Source: Alphaproteobacteria bacterium (GTDB lineage: Bacteria; Pseudomonadota; Alphaproteobacteria; UBA828). From it: a DNA stretch of 64,000 bases. How positions within the stretch are numbered: the first letter of the stretch is position 1; each line of letters starts with the position of its first letter. The position numbers and the translations under genes are program-made. Where the stretch lies: NCBI GenBank assembly GCA_963422645.2, contig CAXXVO010000006.1, positions 192,001 to 256,000 on the forward strand. The letters are read 5' to 3'. Shown piece by piece: positions 33,079 to 43,255 of the stretch. The notes beneath the pieces are model-generated. The model worked only from the letters and a program-made list of their open reading frames with translations, made no database searches and was not told the origin of the DNA.

Positions 33079-34695
33079 CCCCAATTATTCACGGCGTGTC
33101 TGATTTTGGGGTGGCGGACGTAGCGTAAGCCGTTGCCATCGGGTAGGAATTCGTTGTCCGAGCGTCTTCCTCTCCGAACAACGAAAACGCCACGCCCGCC
33201 ATGACCGACGATAGCCTTCTCCCCTTCGATCTGCCAAGCGTCCAACGCAAGAAGGTGAGTGCCGCCTTCGATGGTGGCCTGATCTCGTCTGACGGCGGCC
33301 TCGTCCTGTTGCGCGGGGCGGAGCGCCGCTTGCGCCTCGCCGAGACCCTGGCAGGCTGCATCCGCGACCGGCGCAATCAGGCGCAGGTGGTCCACTCGCT
33401 CTCGGCCATGCTGCGCTTTCGCATGCTGGCGATCGCCTGCGGTTACGAGGATGCCGACGACTGCGACGCGCTCCGCACGGACCCCCTGTTCAAGCTCGCC
33501 GCGGGCCAGGCGCCGGAGAGCGGGGGCGCGCTCTGCTCGCAGCCGACCATGAGCCGCCTGGAGAACGCACCGTCCCGCATCGAGGTGGCGCGCATGACGG
33601 CGGCGCTGGTCGATCTCTTCTGCCGCTCCTTTCCCGCCCCTCCCGCCGCCATCACCCTGGATATCGACGACACCTGCGATGCCGTGCACGGCCACCAGCA
33701 GCTCTCGCTCTTCCACGCCCATTACGACACGCGCTGCTTTCTCCCCGTCCACGTCTACCATGTGGAGAGCGGCAAGCCGGTGGCGGTCCTCCTGCGCCCG
33801 GGAAAGACGCCGTCCGGGCCTGAGGTCCGCACCCTGCTGAAGCATCTGGTCCGCCGTATACGCCGCCACTGGCCCCGCACCCGGCTCACCTTCCGCGGAG
33901 ATTCCCACTACGGCCGCCCGCAGGCCATGGCCTGGTGCGAGGAGAACGGCGTCGACTACATCTTCGGCCTCGCGGGCAATCGCGCGCTGCATGCCCTCGC
34001 CTACGAGGTGGCCGACGACCTCAAGGTGCGCCGCGCCGAGGCCGGCGCAGACAGGATGCGCAGCTTCGCCGCCTTCGCCTACGCCGCCCGCTCCTGGGGC
34101 CGCGAACGCCGGGTCGTCGCCAGGCTAGAGGCGAGCACGCGCGGCTTCGACGCCCGCTATATCGTCACCTCGCTCAGCGGCGAGCCCCGCCATCTCTACG
34201 AAGTCCTCTACTGCGCCCGCGGCCAGGCCGAGAACCTGATCAAGCTGCACAAGGGCCAGCTCGCCTCGGACCGGACCTCTTGCCAAAGCCCGCTCGCCAA
34301 CCAGCTCAGGCTGGTCCTGCACACCGGCGCCTACTGGCTCATGCTCGCCCTGCGCGACGCCATTCCCCGTGCTGCGCCGCTCGCCCGCGCCGAGTTCGCC
34401 ACTCTCAGGCTGCGCCTGCTCAAGATCGGTGCCCGCGTCATCGAAAAGGCCGCCCGCATCCGTATCCACTTCTCCTCTGCCTGCCCGGACGCCGCCCTCT
34501 TCCGCCTGCTCGCAGGGCGCCTCGCAGCAGCAGGCCCCTGACCGCCGGGGCGCCGTGCCCCGTAAACCCGAACTCCCCCTCAACCCCCAACGCCTGTCAC
34601 AACAAAGCTCGAAACCGGATGCCTATGGCGTCAGGGGGAAAGCTCACGCCGTGCCATCGTGACCTCCAAAGGCAACGCAGGATGAATAGGTCAGG
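33079..34695 (+). mobile_element. IS1380-family element
   Basis: Imperfect IR CCCCAATTATTCA / TGAATAGGTCAGG, with CTAG at 33075-33078 and 34696-34699. Confidence 0.88.
33201..34541 (+). CDS. IS1380-family transposase
   Basis: FDGGLISSDGG, GYEDADD, TLDIDDT, RGDSHY, YCARGQAENLIK. Confidence 0.94.
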   Translation: MTDDSLLPFDLPSVQRKKVSAAFDGGLISSDGGLVLLRGAERRLRLAETLAGCIRDRRNQAQVVHSLSAMLRFRMLAIACGYEDADDCDALRTDPLFKLAAGQAPESGGALCSQPTMSRLENAPSRIEVARMTAALVDLFCRSFPAPPAAITLDIDDTCDAVHGHQQLSLFHAHYDTRCFLPVHVYHVESGKPVAVLLRPGKTPSGPEVRTLLKHLVRRIRRHWPRTRLTFRGDSHYGRPQAMAWCEENGVDYIFGLAGNRALHALAYEVADDLKVRRAEAGADRMRSFAAFAYAARSWGRERRVVARLEASTRGFDARYIVTSLSGEPRHLYEVLYCARGQAENLIKLHKGQLASDRTSCQSPLANQLRLVLHTGAYWLMLALRDAIPRAAPLARAEFATLRLRLLKIGARVIEKAARIRIHFSSACPDAALFRLLAGRLAAAGP

Positions 34696-34744
34696 CTAGT
34701 ATCCTGATCGAGAAGTTCGTATGCATTTCGGGAAACCCCAACAC

Positions 34745-34835
34745 GTCCTGGCCGGGCTTGTCCCGGCCATCCACGCGCTCGCCCAGCGTCCGACGGGTCT
34801 GGCTGAGCGAGATGCCCGGAACAAAGCCGGACTGA
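34745..34835. repeat. Inverted REP-like pair
   Basis: GTCCTGGCCGGGCTTGTCCCGGCCATC and a degenerate inverted GATGCCCGGAACAAAGCCGG enclose a CTCGCCCAG...CTGAGCGAG stem. Same family as 21354-21443. Confidence 0.7.
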
Positions 34836-34946
34836 ATTGCCCATCATTCCGATAACGCATTGTTATTATTCATGAAACAGCCTATCTTCCGAGAGCGCTA
34901 AAGCGGAAACGCAGAATCAGTAATCAAACCGAATGCGGATTTTTTC

Positions 34947-35118
34947 AAAAGGCTTATCCCCTTGGCTCCGGGAGCGCATGATGTTGCGTGCCTTCCCACT
35001 GCTGGAAGGCCCGGACAAGGCACGGACTGCGCTGTGATTTTCTGAGTCCGCCAGCTGAAACCGTTGCATTGCGTAGGTCAATATCTAGACGAACCGGAGG
35101 CAAGGGGATAAGCCTTTT
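34947..35118. other. 172-bp structured element closed by a 25-bp inverted repeat (candidate ncRNA, MITE or invertible segment)
   Basis: AAAAGGCTTATCCCCTTGGCTCCGG (34947-34971) pairs with CCGGAGGCAAGGGGATAAGCCTTTT (35094-35118) with 1 mismatch. Internal stems are present. Confidence 0.6.
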
Positions 35119-35161
35119 TGTCAATACTGGGATCCTCGCTGACTGCGTTTGTCATCAGAAT

Positions 35162-37674
35162 CAGACTTCCTGACCTCGTGATGCTGGCTGTTCTGGGCAG
35201 CGTGCCGGGAACTCCTTGAATTCTGATACATTTCGGTTGTTTCAGGCGGTTTTTCGCTGGGTGTCGCGCCCGAGGTCTGATAGTATAATTTGATACCAAT
35301 TGCACGGGGTCTCAACCATGCCCAGTACCCTCCCAATGTGCCCTCCAGAGGCGGTCTCGATCGGCAACAGCTGCTTCGCCGTCCTGATCTCGGACGACAC
35401 CTTCACCTACTTTTCCAACCTCATTCCCTTTGACAGCCACGCCGCCGATGACCGCACGGCCATGCTCTTGCGGATCGGCCGCCTCGCGGCGATCAGCGCG
35501 GTCTCGCCGCAGGAACTGGCTGACGCTTTCGCTGTCTCGCGCGCGACGGTGCAGCGCGCACGACGGCGCTACCTGGCCGAGGGCGAAGCGGGGTTCATGA
35601 AGCCCCGGCGCGGTCGCGGGCCGTCGGTGTTCACTCCGGAGTTGGCGGAGAAGGCGACGGCGTTGCTGGCATCGGGCCTGAGCGGCTCTGCGGCGGCCCG
35701 GGTTCTCGGCGTGTCAGCGCCATCGGTCAACAAGTGGCGCCGTCAGGGACTGATCGGCAACACGGAGGCGGATGGGGAGCCCGGACGCTCAGCGCTGGCT
35801 GCGCCGCCTGACGCGGGTGCGGCTCCTGAAGGCCGTGTCGATGAAGAGAGTACCGGTGCCCCGGGGCCGGAGACGGCGCCGGGGCTGGAAGCGCAGCCGC
35901 AAACGGATCGCAGCGCGCGCGATCGGCGGGACCGGCAGGCGCCGATGGGGCGTGCGACTTGCGATGTTCCGGCTCGGGTTCTGGCCAGTTGTGGACAGGC
36001 GGGGCCGGTCGAACCGCAGTTCGCCGCCGCCGCCCGCGGTGTCCGCTTCGGCGGCGTGCTCGCCGCCCTGCCGGCCCTGCTGAAGGAAGGTCTTCTCTCC
36101 GAGACCGGTCTCCTGCCATTGCTGCCGAAGGGCTATTACGGCTTGCCTACGATCCTGCTCTTCCTGGCCTTCATGACCTTGGCGCGGGTGCGCAACCCCG
36201 AGAGCCTGCGCTACCAGGCGCCGGGCGAATGGGGCGCCATTCTCGGCCTCGATCGCTGCCCCGAGGTCAAGACGCTGCGCCGCAAGATCGCTCTCATCGC
36301 CGACGACGAGGCCGGCGTGCGGGCGTGGCAGCTCGCCCTTGCCAGGCGCTGGCAGGCCGACGAGCCGGAGCTCTGGGCGACGCTGGCCATCGACGGGCAC
36401 GTCAAGGTCTACTCCGGCCGCAAGGGGCGCTTGCCCAAGCACTTCGTCTCGCGCGAGAAGCTGTGCCTGCCGGCGAGCGCCAGCTACTGGATCAACGCTC
36501 TGGGCGGCAAGCCGCTGCTCTGTCTGCACAAGCCGCTGGACCCGAAGATGGTCGCGGCCATCGAAGCCGACGTGGTGCCGGCGCTGCAGGAGCTTGGGAT
36601 CGTTGGCGCCGGGGCGCCGGACCTGACCGCCGAGCATCCCGGCCAGCCGGCGCTCACCCTGGTCTTCGACCGCGAGGGCTGGAGCCCGGATCTGTTCCGC
36701 CGGCTGGCGAGGCGCGGCGTCGCCTGCCTGACCTGGCACAAGAACTTCAGGGGCGAGGACTGGCCGGCCGAGGACTTCGGCGCGATGACCGTTCCCATTC
36801 ACGGACCGGCGGCGGACGGCAGCGCCACCATGCGGCTGGCTGAGAAGCCGGTGACGTTGCCGAACGGCTTCAGGGTGCGCCAGATCCGCCGCCTGCTCGA
36901 CAACGGCCGTCAGGTGCCGCTGATCACCACCGATCCGCACAAGCCGATGGCTGAGGTTGCGGGCGCCATGTTCTCGCGCTGGTCGCAGGAGAACTTCTTC
37001 AAGTACATGCGTGACGAGTTCAATCTCGACGCCCTGCCGACCCACGAGCTCGAGCCTCTCGATCCCGCCGCCATGGTCGTCAACCCGCTGCGGCGGGCCT
37101 ATGACAAGGCAATCCATCGCCTCGACCGCCAGCTTGGCCGCCTGCGCAACCGCATCGCCGACACGGCCCGGAAGAAGCAGCCGACGGCGGAACTCAGGAG
37201 GGAAGTCAGGGACCTCCAGGATGTCCGCGACATCGTCAGGGCCAGCCGCAGGGAGACGCCCAAGCACTGCCGGGCCGGCGACCTCGACGAAGCCGAGCAG
37301 CTCGATGCCTTGCCCGCGCGCGAGCGCCTCCTCCTCGACGTCATCCGGATGATCGCCTACCGCGCCGAAACCCGCATGATGCTTCCCGTCATGCAGGCGC
37401 AGGGCCACAAGCCCCATCCCCGGAAACTGCTTCAAGCGCTGCTCACCGCCGATGCCGACATCCTGCCGGATCCTGGCAATGGCCTCCTGCGGGTCCACAT
37501 TCTTGGCCTCGCAAACGACGCCTGCGACCGTTGGATCGATGCGGTTCTGAGCGACCTGAACGCCACCGAAACGGTCTTCCCCGGCACCCGTCTGCGCATA
37601 GTCTACGACATCGACGGGGCCTCGGAATCCGCGCGGCTCGTGTCACCTAAAATCAGCAGAGGTCAGGAAGTCTG
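35162..37674 (+). mobile_element. Complete unclassified IS, 2513 bp
   Basis: Perfect 16-bp IR CAGACTTCCTGACCTC / GAGGTCAGGAAGTCTG, AGAAT on both flanks, one long ORF, and three further pieces in the window. Confidence 0.93.
35284..35289 (+). promoter_or_regulatory. Candidate -10 box for the transposase gene
   Basis: Perfect TATAAT 28 bp upstream of the ATG at 35318. No convincing -35 box. Confidence 0.4.
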
Positions 37675-37675
37675 A
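35318..37675 (+). CDS. Large putative DDE transposase (785 aa), family unassigned
   Basis: Two N-terminal HTH-like segments (ELADAFAVSRATVQRARRRY; AAARVLGVSAPSVNKW). Candidate triad AIDGH / VFDREG / MFSRWSQENFFKYM, the last resembling the IS4-superfamily YREK motif. Confidence 0.85.
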   Translation: MPSTLPMCPPEAVSIGNSCFAVLISDDTFTYFSNLIPFDSHAADDRTAMLLRIGRLAAISAVSPQELADAFAVSRATVQRARRRYLAEGEAGFMKPRRGRGPSVFTPELAEKATALLASGLSGSAAARVLGVSAPSVNKWRRQGLIGNTEADGEPGRSALAAPPDAGAAPEGRVDEESTGAPGPETAPGLEAQPQTDRSARDRRDRQAPMGRATCDVPARVLASCGQAGPVEPQFAAAARGVRFGGVLAALPALLKEGLLSETGLLPLLPKGYYGLPTILLFLAFMTLARVRNPESLRYQAPGEWGAILGLDRCPEVKTLRRKIALIADDEAGVRAWQLALARRWQADEPELWATLAIDGHVKVYSGRKGRLPKHFVSREKLCLPASASYWINALGGKPLLCLHKPLDPKMVAAIEADVVPALQELGIVGAGAPDLTAEHPGQPALTLVFDREGWSPDLFRRLARRGVACLTWHKNFRGEDWPAEDFGAMTVPIHGPAADGSATMRLAEKPVTLPNGFRVRQIRRLLDNGRQVPLITTDPHKPMAEVAGAMFSRWSQENFFKYMRDEFNLDALPTHELEPLDPAAMVVNPLRRAYDKAIHRLDRQLGRLRNRIADTARKKQPTAELRREVRDLQDVRDIVRASRRETPKHCRAGDLDEAEQLDALPARERLLLDVIRMIAYRAETRMMLPVMQAQGHKPHPRKLLQALLTADADILPDPGNGLLRVHILGLANDACDRWIDAVLSDLNATETVFPGTRLRIVYDIDGASESARLVSPKISRGQEV

Positions 37676-37690
37676 GAATACCATTTCAAG

Positions 37691-38751
37691 TGCGGAATCC
37701 GACGCACTTGACCGCCGTTTCCGATTTTACTTGACCGCGATTCCGACGACACTTGACCGCGCCGCGGGCGCGCCATCGCTCTGTCTCTCCCGGATGTGTT
37801 TGTGGCCCCCTCCCTTGGTGATTGCAGGGGGCTGGCCAGTGGCCAGCCCGAGCCGAGCGTATGCCGAGGCCCCTTAGCCGTGCAGAGGACCGGTGGGCGC
37901 GGCGGCAACCCCTCACATCAGGCATGCCGCCGCGCCCCTCCGCCCTCGCAGCCAGGAAGGCGCCGCAGGCGCCCATGGACCCCGGCCGTCAGGCCGGGGC
38001 TCTGTTGCCGTCGTCGCCGCCGTCGAGGGGCGGAAGCTTGTTGCGCTTGCGCTTCGACCCGCCCTCGAGGTCGATGCGATAGGCGTTGTGGACGATGCGA
38101 TCGAGGATGGCGTCCGCGATCGTTGGCTCCCCGATCACCTTCGGCCAGTGCTCTACGGGGATCTGACTGGCGACGAGGGTGGACCTCCACTCGTGGCGCT
38201 GCTCGACGATCTCCATCAGCTCGCGCCTGCCTTCGGTTGAGAAGTCCTGCAGCCCCCAGTCGTCGAGGACCAGGAGGTTGTACTTGACGAGGCGGCGCAT
38301 GAGCCGATCGTGACGCGCCGTGTCGCGGACCCGGGCGAGTTCTGCGATCAGCTCGGGGACGCGTCGATAGAGGACGGCCTGCTTCTGGCGGCAGGCCTGA
38401 TGGGCGAGGGCGCAGGCGACGAATGTCTTCCTCGATCCCGTTGCGCCGCAGATGATCAGATTGATGGCCTGCCGGATCCAGCCGCCGGCGGCGAGCTGGG
38501 TGAGCGTGGTGCGCGCGATGCCGCGTCCGGCGCTGCAGTCGATGTCCTGGATATCCGCCCGGACGCGCAGCTGGGCCTGTCGGAGATGACCGAGATAGCT
38601 GCGGTTGTCGCGGTGCTGGCACTCGCGCTCGAGCAGCATGGCGAGACGGTCGTCGAAGCCGAGCTGGTCGATGTCGGCGATATCGCGCTGCTCCTCCATG
38701 GCCTCGGCCATGCCGGAGAGGCCGAGCTGGAGCATGCGCTCGATATTGGGC
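37691..38751 (-). mobile_element. Right part of another IS21-family element (terminus plus istB)
   Basis: TGCGGAATCCGACGCACTTGACCGC terminus with three ACTTGACCGC repeats, followed by istB. Confidence 0.82.
37989..38751 (-). pseudogene. istB: IstB ATPase, 5'-truncated, with degenerate Walker A
   Basis: GATGSRKT (G to R), LVLDDWG, PTIADAILDRIVHNAYRI. The start is removed at the IS terminus at 38752. Confidence 0.85.
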
Positions 38752-38778
38752 TGTCAATCGGCATTCAATATTGACCCC
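38752..38778. mobile_element. 27-bp terminus of an IS21 related to 8309-10859
   Basis: TGTCAATCGGCATTCAATATTGACCCC versus TGTCAATCGGCTTTCAATACTGACCCC. Cut by the IS3 end. Confidence 0.78.
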
Positions 38779-39958
38779 TGACTGGAGTGGGCCCCTGGGG
38801 CCGGACAGTTTCATGCGGCCGATTTGACCGGCTTGCGGGACTGCTCCTCCTCGAAACGGTCGGGGCTCAGGTATCCGAGGGCGGAGTGTAGGCGTCTCTC
38901 GTTGTAGCTGTCGATGAAGCGGGGCAGGTGCTCCGCCACGTCTTCCGCGCTCTCGAGGGCCATGGGATAGACGCCCTCGACCTTCAGGGTCTTCATGAAG
39001 CTTTCCATCATGGCGTTGTCGTAGGGGTTGCCGCGCCGGCCCATCGAGCCGACCAGGCCGTGTTCGTCGAGCAGGGCCCGGTAGGCCTGGGCGGCGTATT
39101 GCGAGCCCCTGTCGGAGTGGTGGATGCAGCCGGGTGGCGGGTTGCGGCCCTCGATCGCCGTCGCCAGCGCCGCAAGGGTTAGCCGGGCATCGATCCGCCG
39201 GCCGAGGGCGTAGCCCACGATGCGCCGCGACCACGCATCCATGATCGCCGCCAGATAGACGAAGCCGCCCAGGATCGCGATGTAGGTCAGATCGGCGACC
39301 CAGAGCTGGTTCGGACCATCGACATCGCGCTCCCTGGAGCGGTCCGGGAAGACGGGCTCGTCGTGGTCGCTGTCGGTGGTGGCGACGAAGCGGCGCCGGC
39401 AGGGCGGATGCAGCGCGTGCTCGCGCATCAGGCGCTTGATCTTCTTGTGGTTCACCACCCAGCCGCGATGCCTCAGCGCCGCCTGCATGCGCCGCCAGCC
39501 GTAGGCTTCGAACTCATCCTTGATCGCGTGCATGGCCTCCACCAGCGCGGTGTCGTCTGCCGAGCCCTTGGGCTTGTCGTAGTAAGTAGAATGCGCGATC
39601 CCCATCAGTCGGCATCCTTCGGCGACGGAGAGGCCTTGGGGCCGGTGATGACGGACATGGGCGCGTTTCTCGGCCGGCGTCCTTGCCGCTGAGCCCCCTT
39701 TAGAAACTCGAGCTCCAGGGCCTGCTTGCCGACCAGGCGCTCGAGCGCCGCGATCCGGGCCTCGTATTCCTGGATCGTGTCGGCCGCCTCGGCGTCCTCG
39801 TCGAAGGCGCCGGCCTCGTACTTGTCCACCCAGATCCGGATCAGGGTGCGGGAGAGCTCGTGCCGACGGGCCAGGCCGTGCAGCGTCTCGCCGGCGAGAT
39901 ACTCCTGAACGACCTGGCGCTTGAACGCGATGCCGTGGGTGCGGTGGGTTCGGTGCTT
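38779..39958 (-). mobile_element. IS3-family element lacking its left end
   Basis: OrfA HRTHGIAFKRQVV...ELEFLKGA, slippery A AAG GGG near 39694-39701, and OrfB WVADLTYI / HHSDRGSQY / DNAMMESF ending at 38811. Confidence 0.9.
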
Positions 39959-42105
39959 TGTGGAAACGGCGGTGCGAAATTAGTCCACGGTAGCGGCGGG
40001 ATTGTCTCGCAGCGGGCGGAGCAAGACTCTGCCAGATAGGCCCTTCCCGGCGACGGGGAGGGCGGGGGCATGCATACCGTGGAACTTTATCGGAAGGTCC
40101 GTCTCGCGTGTCGGGACGGGATGAGTGAGCGGGCTGCGGCGCGTCATTTCGGGATTTCACGCGAGAGCGTGAAGAAGATGCTGCAGTTTTCGGCGCCGCC
40201 GGGCTATCGGCGGACGGCGCCGCTTCGGCGTCCGAAGCTGGACGGGTTCATCGAGATCATCGACGGGTGGCTGCGGGACGATCTGGAGCAGCTGCCCAAG
40301 CAGCGGCACACGGCGAAGCGCATTTTCGACCGTCTTCGGGCCGAGCACGGGTTCAGCGGCGGCTACACGATTGTGAAGGATCATGTGCGCGAGCATCGGC
40401 GCCGGCGGCGAGAGATGTTCGTGCCGCTGATCCATCCGCCGGGGCATGGGCAGGCGGACTTCGGCGAGGCGCGGGCGGTGATCGGGGGTATCGCGCGCAA
40501 GGCGCACTTCTTCGTGTTCGATCTTCCGCACAGCGACGCCTGCTACGTGCGGGCCTACCCTGCGGCGACGGCCGAGGCGTGGATGGACGGGCATGTGCAT
40601 GCCTTCGCCTTCTTCGGCGGGGTTCCCCGATCGGTTCTCTACGACAACGACCGCTGCCTGGTGTCGCGCATCCTGGCCCGGCGCAACTTCATGGTGCCGC
40701 TGCCACGGTTTGCGAGCTGGGAAGAGTTCAACCTGCGGCTCGAGGAGCAATGCCACAGCCGCCAGGGCGATATCCTGCGCGGACACCGCGAGACCATCGG
40801 AGAGCGCCTGGCGCGGGATGTGGCGGCCATGGCCGCGCCGCCGGCTACGCCCTTCGAGGCCTGTGACCAGGCTCCCGGCCAGGTCAGCTCGCAGTCTCTG
40901 GTTCGCTATCGGACCAACGACTACTCGGTGCCGGTGGCCTATGGCCATCGTGACGTCTGGGTACGCGGTTACGTCGATCGAGTGGTGATCGGCTGTGGCG
41001 GAGACGTCATCGCCCGCCATCCCCGGTCCTATGAGCGTGAGGACATGATCTTCGAGCCGATCCACTATCTGCCCCTGATCGAGCAGAAGATCGGCGCCCT
41101 GGACCAGGTAGCGCCGCTCGCCGGATGGGACCTGCCGCCCGCCTTCCAGACCCTGCGCCGCCTGATGGAGGCACGCGCGCTCAAGGCGGGGCGGCGGGAG
41201 TACGTGCAGGTCCTGCGGCTGCTGGAGAGCTTCGGGCTGGAGGATCTCCACGCCGCAGTGAAGGATGCCCTGCGCCTGGGCGCCATAGGCTTCGACGCGG
41301 TCAAGCACCTGGTGCTGTGCCGCCTCGAGAAGCGCCCGCCGAAGCTCGACCTCGATGTCTACCCCTATCTGCCGAAGGCTACCGTCGGCAGGACCTCGGC
41401 GGCCAGCTACATGTGCCTGCTGTCGGAGGACGCGGCATGACGGACACGCCCCACATCCTGCTGGCGCACCGCCTCAAGGCCCTGAAGCTGCCGACCTTCC
41501 TGCGCCAATACGAGAAAGTGGCGCACCAGTGCGCGGCCGAGGGCCTGGATCATATCCAGTTCCTGGCCCGGCTGGCGGAGCTGGAGTTGATCGAGCGCGA
41601 AGGGCGCATGGTCGAGCGGCGCATCAAGGCGGCGAAGTTCCCGCTCGCCAAGAGCCTCGACAGCTTCGACTTCAAGGCCATGCCCGCGCTGAACAAGCCG
41701 CGGGTGCTGGAGTTGGCGCGCTGCGAATGGATCGAGCGGCGCGAGAACGTCATCGCCCTCGGCCCATCGGGCACCGGCAAGAGCCATGTCGCCCTGGGGC
41801 TCGGACTGGCCGCCTGCCAGAAGGGGCTGAGCGTGCGCTTCATCACCGCAGCGGCGCTGGTGCATGAGCTCATGGAGGCGCGTGACGAACGACGACTGCT
41901 GCGGCTGCAGAAGCAGCTGGCAAGCCTCAAGCTGTTGATCATCGACGAGGTCGGCTTCGTCCCGCTATCGAAGACAGGCGCCGAGTTGCTGTTCGAGCTG
42001 GTCTCCCAGCGCTACGAACGGGGCGCCACCCTGATCACCTCCAACCTCCCCTTCGACGAATGGACCGAGACCTTTGGCTCCGAGCGCCTCACCGGGGCGC
42101 TCCTC
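39959..42105 (+). mobile_element. Third type of IS21-family element, defective (right end lost)
   Basis: TGTGGAAACGGCGG terminus, istA and partial istB. Confidence 0.85.
40070..41440 (+). pseudogene. istA: IstA with an in-frame internal deletion
   Basis: QADFG and YDNDRCLVSRIL are joined directly to ARRNFMVP near 40675. The segment carrying the catalytic KGxVE motif is absent. Confidence 0.82.
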
Positions 42106-42624
42106 AACGACGACCGCGACATGCTTCTGGAGATGCGCATGGTGCTCAACGTGCACCGCGAGCCGGGCTTCGACGACAGCGTGCCGACCTCGGCCCAGGT
42201 GCTGCGCATGGCGACGTCGAATGGCGCGCAGACGACACCGTTCGGCACCGAAATCGGTTCGCTCGAGGTTGGCAAGGCGGCCGATATGGTGCTCATCAGC
42301 TGGCGCGACATCACCGGCCCGTTCCTCGATCTCGACATCGACGTCTCGGTAATCGACGCGATCGTCCTCCGCGCCAAGTCGTCGGGCGTCAAGACGGTGC
42401 TGGTCGCAGGCGAGCCGATCCTGCGCGACGGCCGCTTCACGCGGCTCGACCGCGAGGCGGCGCTGGCCGAGCTCGCCGCGTCGCTCAGGCGGCCGGCCGA
42501 CGACGACGAGCTGCGGCGCATCGCGCTCAGCCGCAACGTGCTGTCCCATGTCCGGAAGTTCTATGACGGCTATCTCGACGCCGAGACGCGCGAGCCCTTC
42601 TACGCCCGCAATTCGCGTCGCTGA
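41437..42624 (+). pseudogene. In-frame chimera: IstB (to 42105) fused to an amidohydrolase C-terminus
   Basis: GPSGTGKS, IIDEVGF, LTGALL, then NDDRDMLLEMR...MATSNGA...IGSLEVGKAADMVL...VKTVLVAGEPILRDG. Confidence 0.85.
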
Positions 42625-42789
42625 ATTTGGCGGCCGATCGAGTCGACGGCCCGCGCCGCCGACGTCGAACAACAGCTTACCGCTGACACCGCGTTGTTCG
42701 AGCCGTCGCTGCAGGTCGGCGCGGCGTTCGAGTGTCAGCAGGCGTCAACTCCGGCGCGAGATTCAGCCAAAGGGCGGCGCAAAAGACTG

Positions 42790-42886
42790 CCACTCGGACT
42801 GGTGAGTTGATCCAGGTTCCGGCGGCACGCGCCGGTTCGCGAAACAACCGCCGCCACCCGAACACCTGATTGGCGTTGAGGTTGTC
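42790..42886 (-). pseudogene. Possible IS66 accessory (TnpA-like) fragment
   Basis: NLNANQVFGWRRLFRE resembles the IS66 Orf1 HTH. It is very short. Confidence 0.45.
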
Positions 42887-42889
42887 CAG

Positions 42890-43255
42890 ATGCAATCGGA
42901 GCTGACCCGTCTCCACCGCCAGCTCGGAATCACGTTCCTCTTCGTCACGCACGCCCAGTTGGAGGCACTGGCGATGGCGAGCCGCGTCGCGGTGATGAAC
43001 GAAGGGCGGATCATGCAGATCGGCGCACCGCTTGCCGTCTACCGCGCGCCGACGAACCGCTTCGTCGCCGAGTTCGTCGGGATGAACAACATTCTCACGG
43101 GCCCGGTCGGCCGGCTCGAGGGAAGCGCGCTCGTGCAGACGGAGTTCGCCCGCCTGCGCGCCCCGATGGCGGCATCGCATGGCGTCGCCCCGGGCGAGCG
43201 CATCTCGGTCGTCATCGGCGCCGACCCTGTCACCCTCTCGGCCGACCGGACGCCA
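42890..43255 (+). pseudogene. Internal fragment of a PotA/MalK-type ABC ATPase
   Basis: LHRQLGITFLFVTHAQLEALAMASRVAVMNEGRIMQIG...PTNRFVAEFVG. No Walker A. Confidence 0.85.

Noticed and set aside
34985-35060. Resemblance to a cobalamin riboswitch (CCACTG..GGAAGG..GAGTC)
   Set aside because: The upstream GGGAA and AACTGT core elements are missing and no B12-related gene follows.
38811-40160. 449-aa ORF as a full IS3 transposase
   Set aside because: Its N-terminus runs through IS21 antisense and an OrfA off-frame. Only the OrfB part is real.
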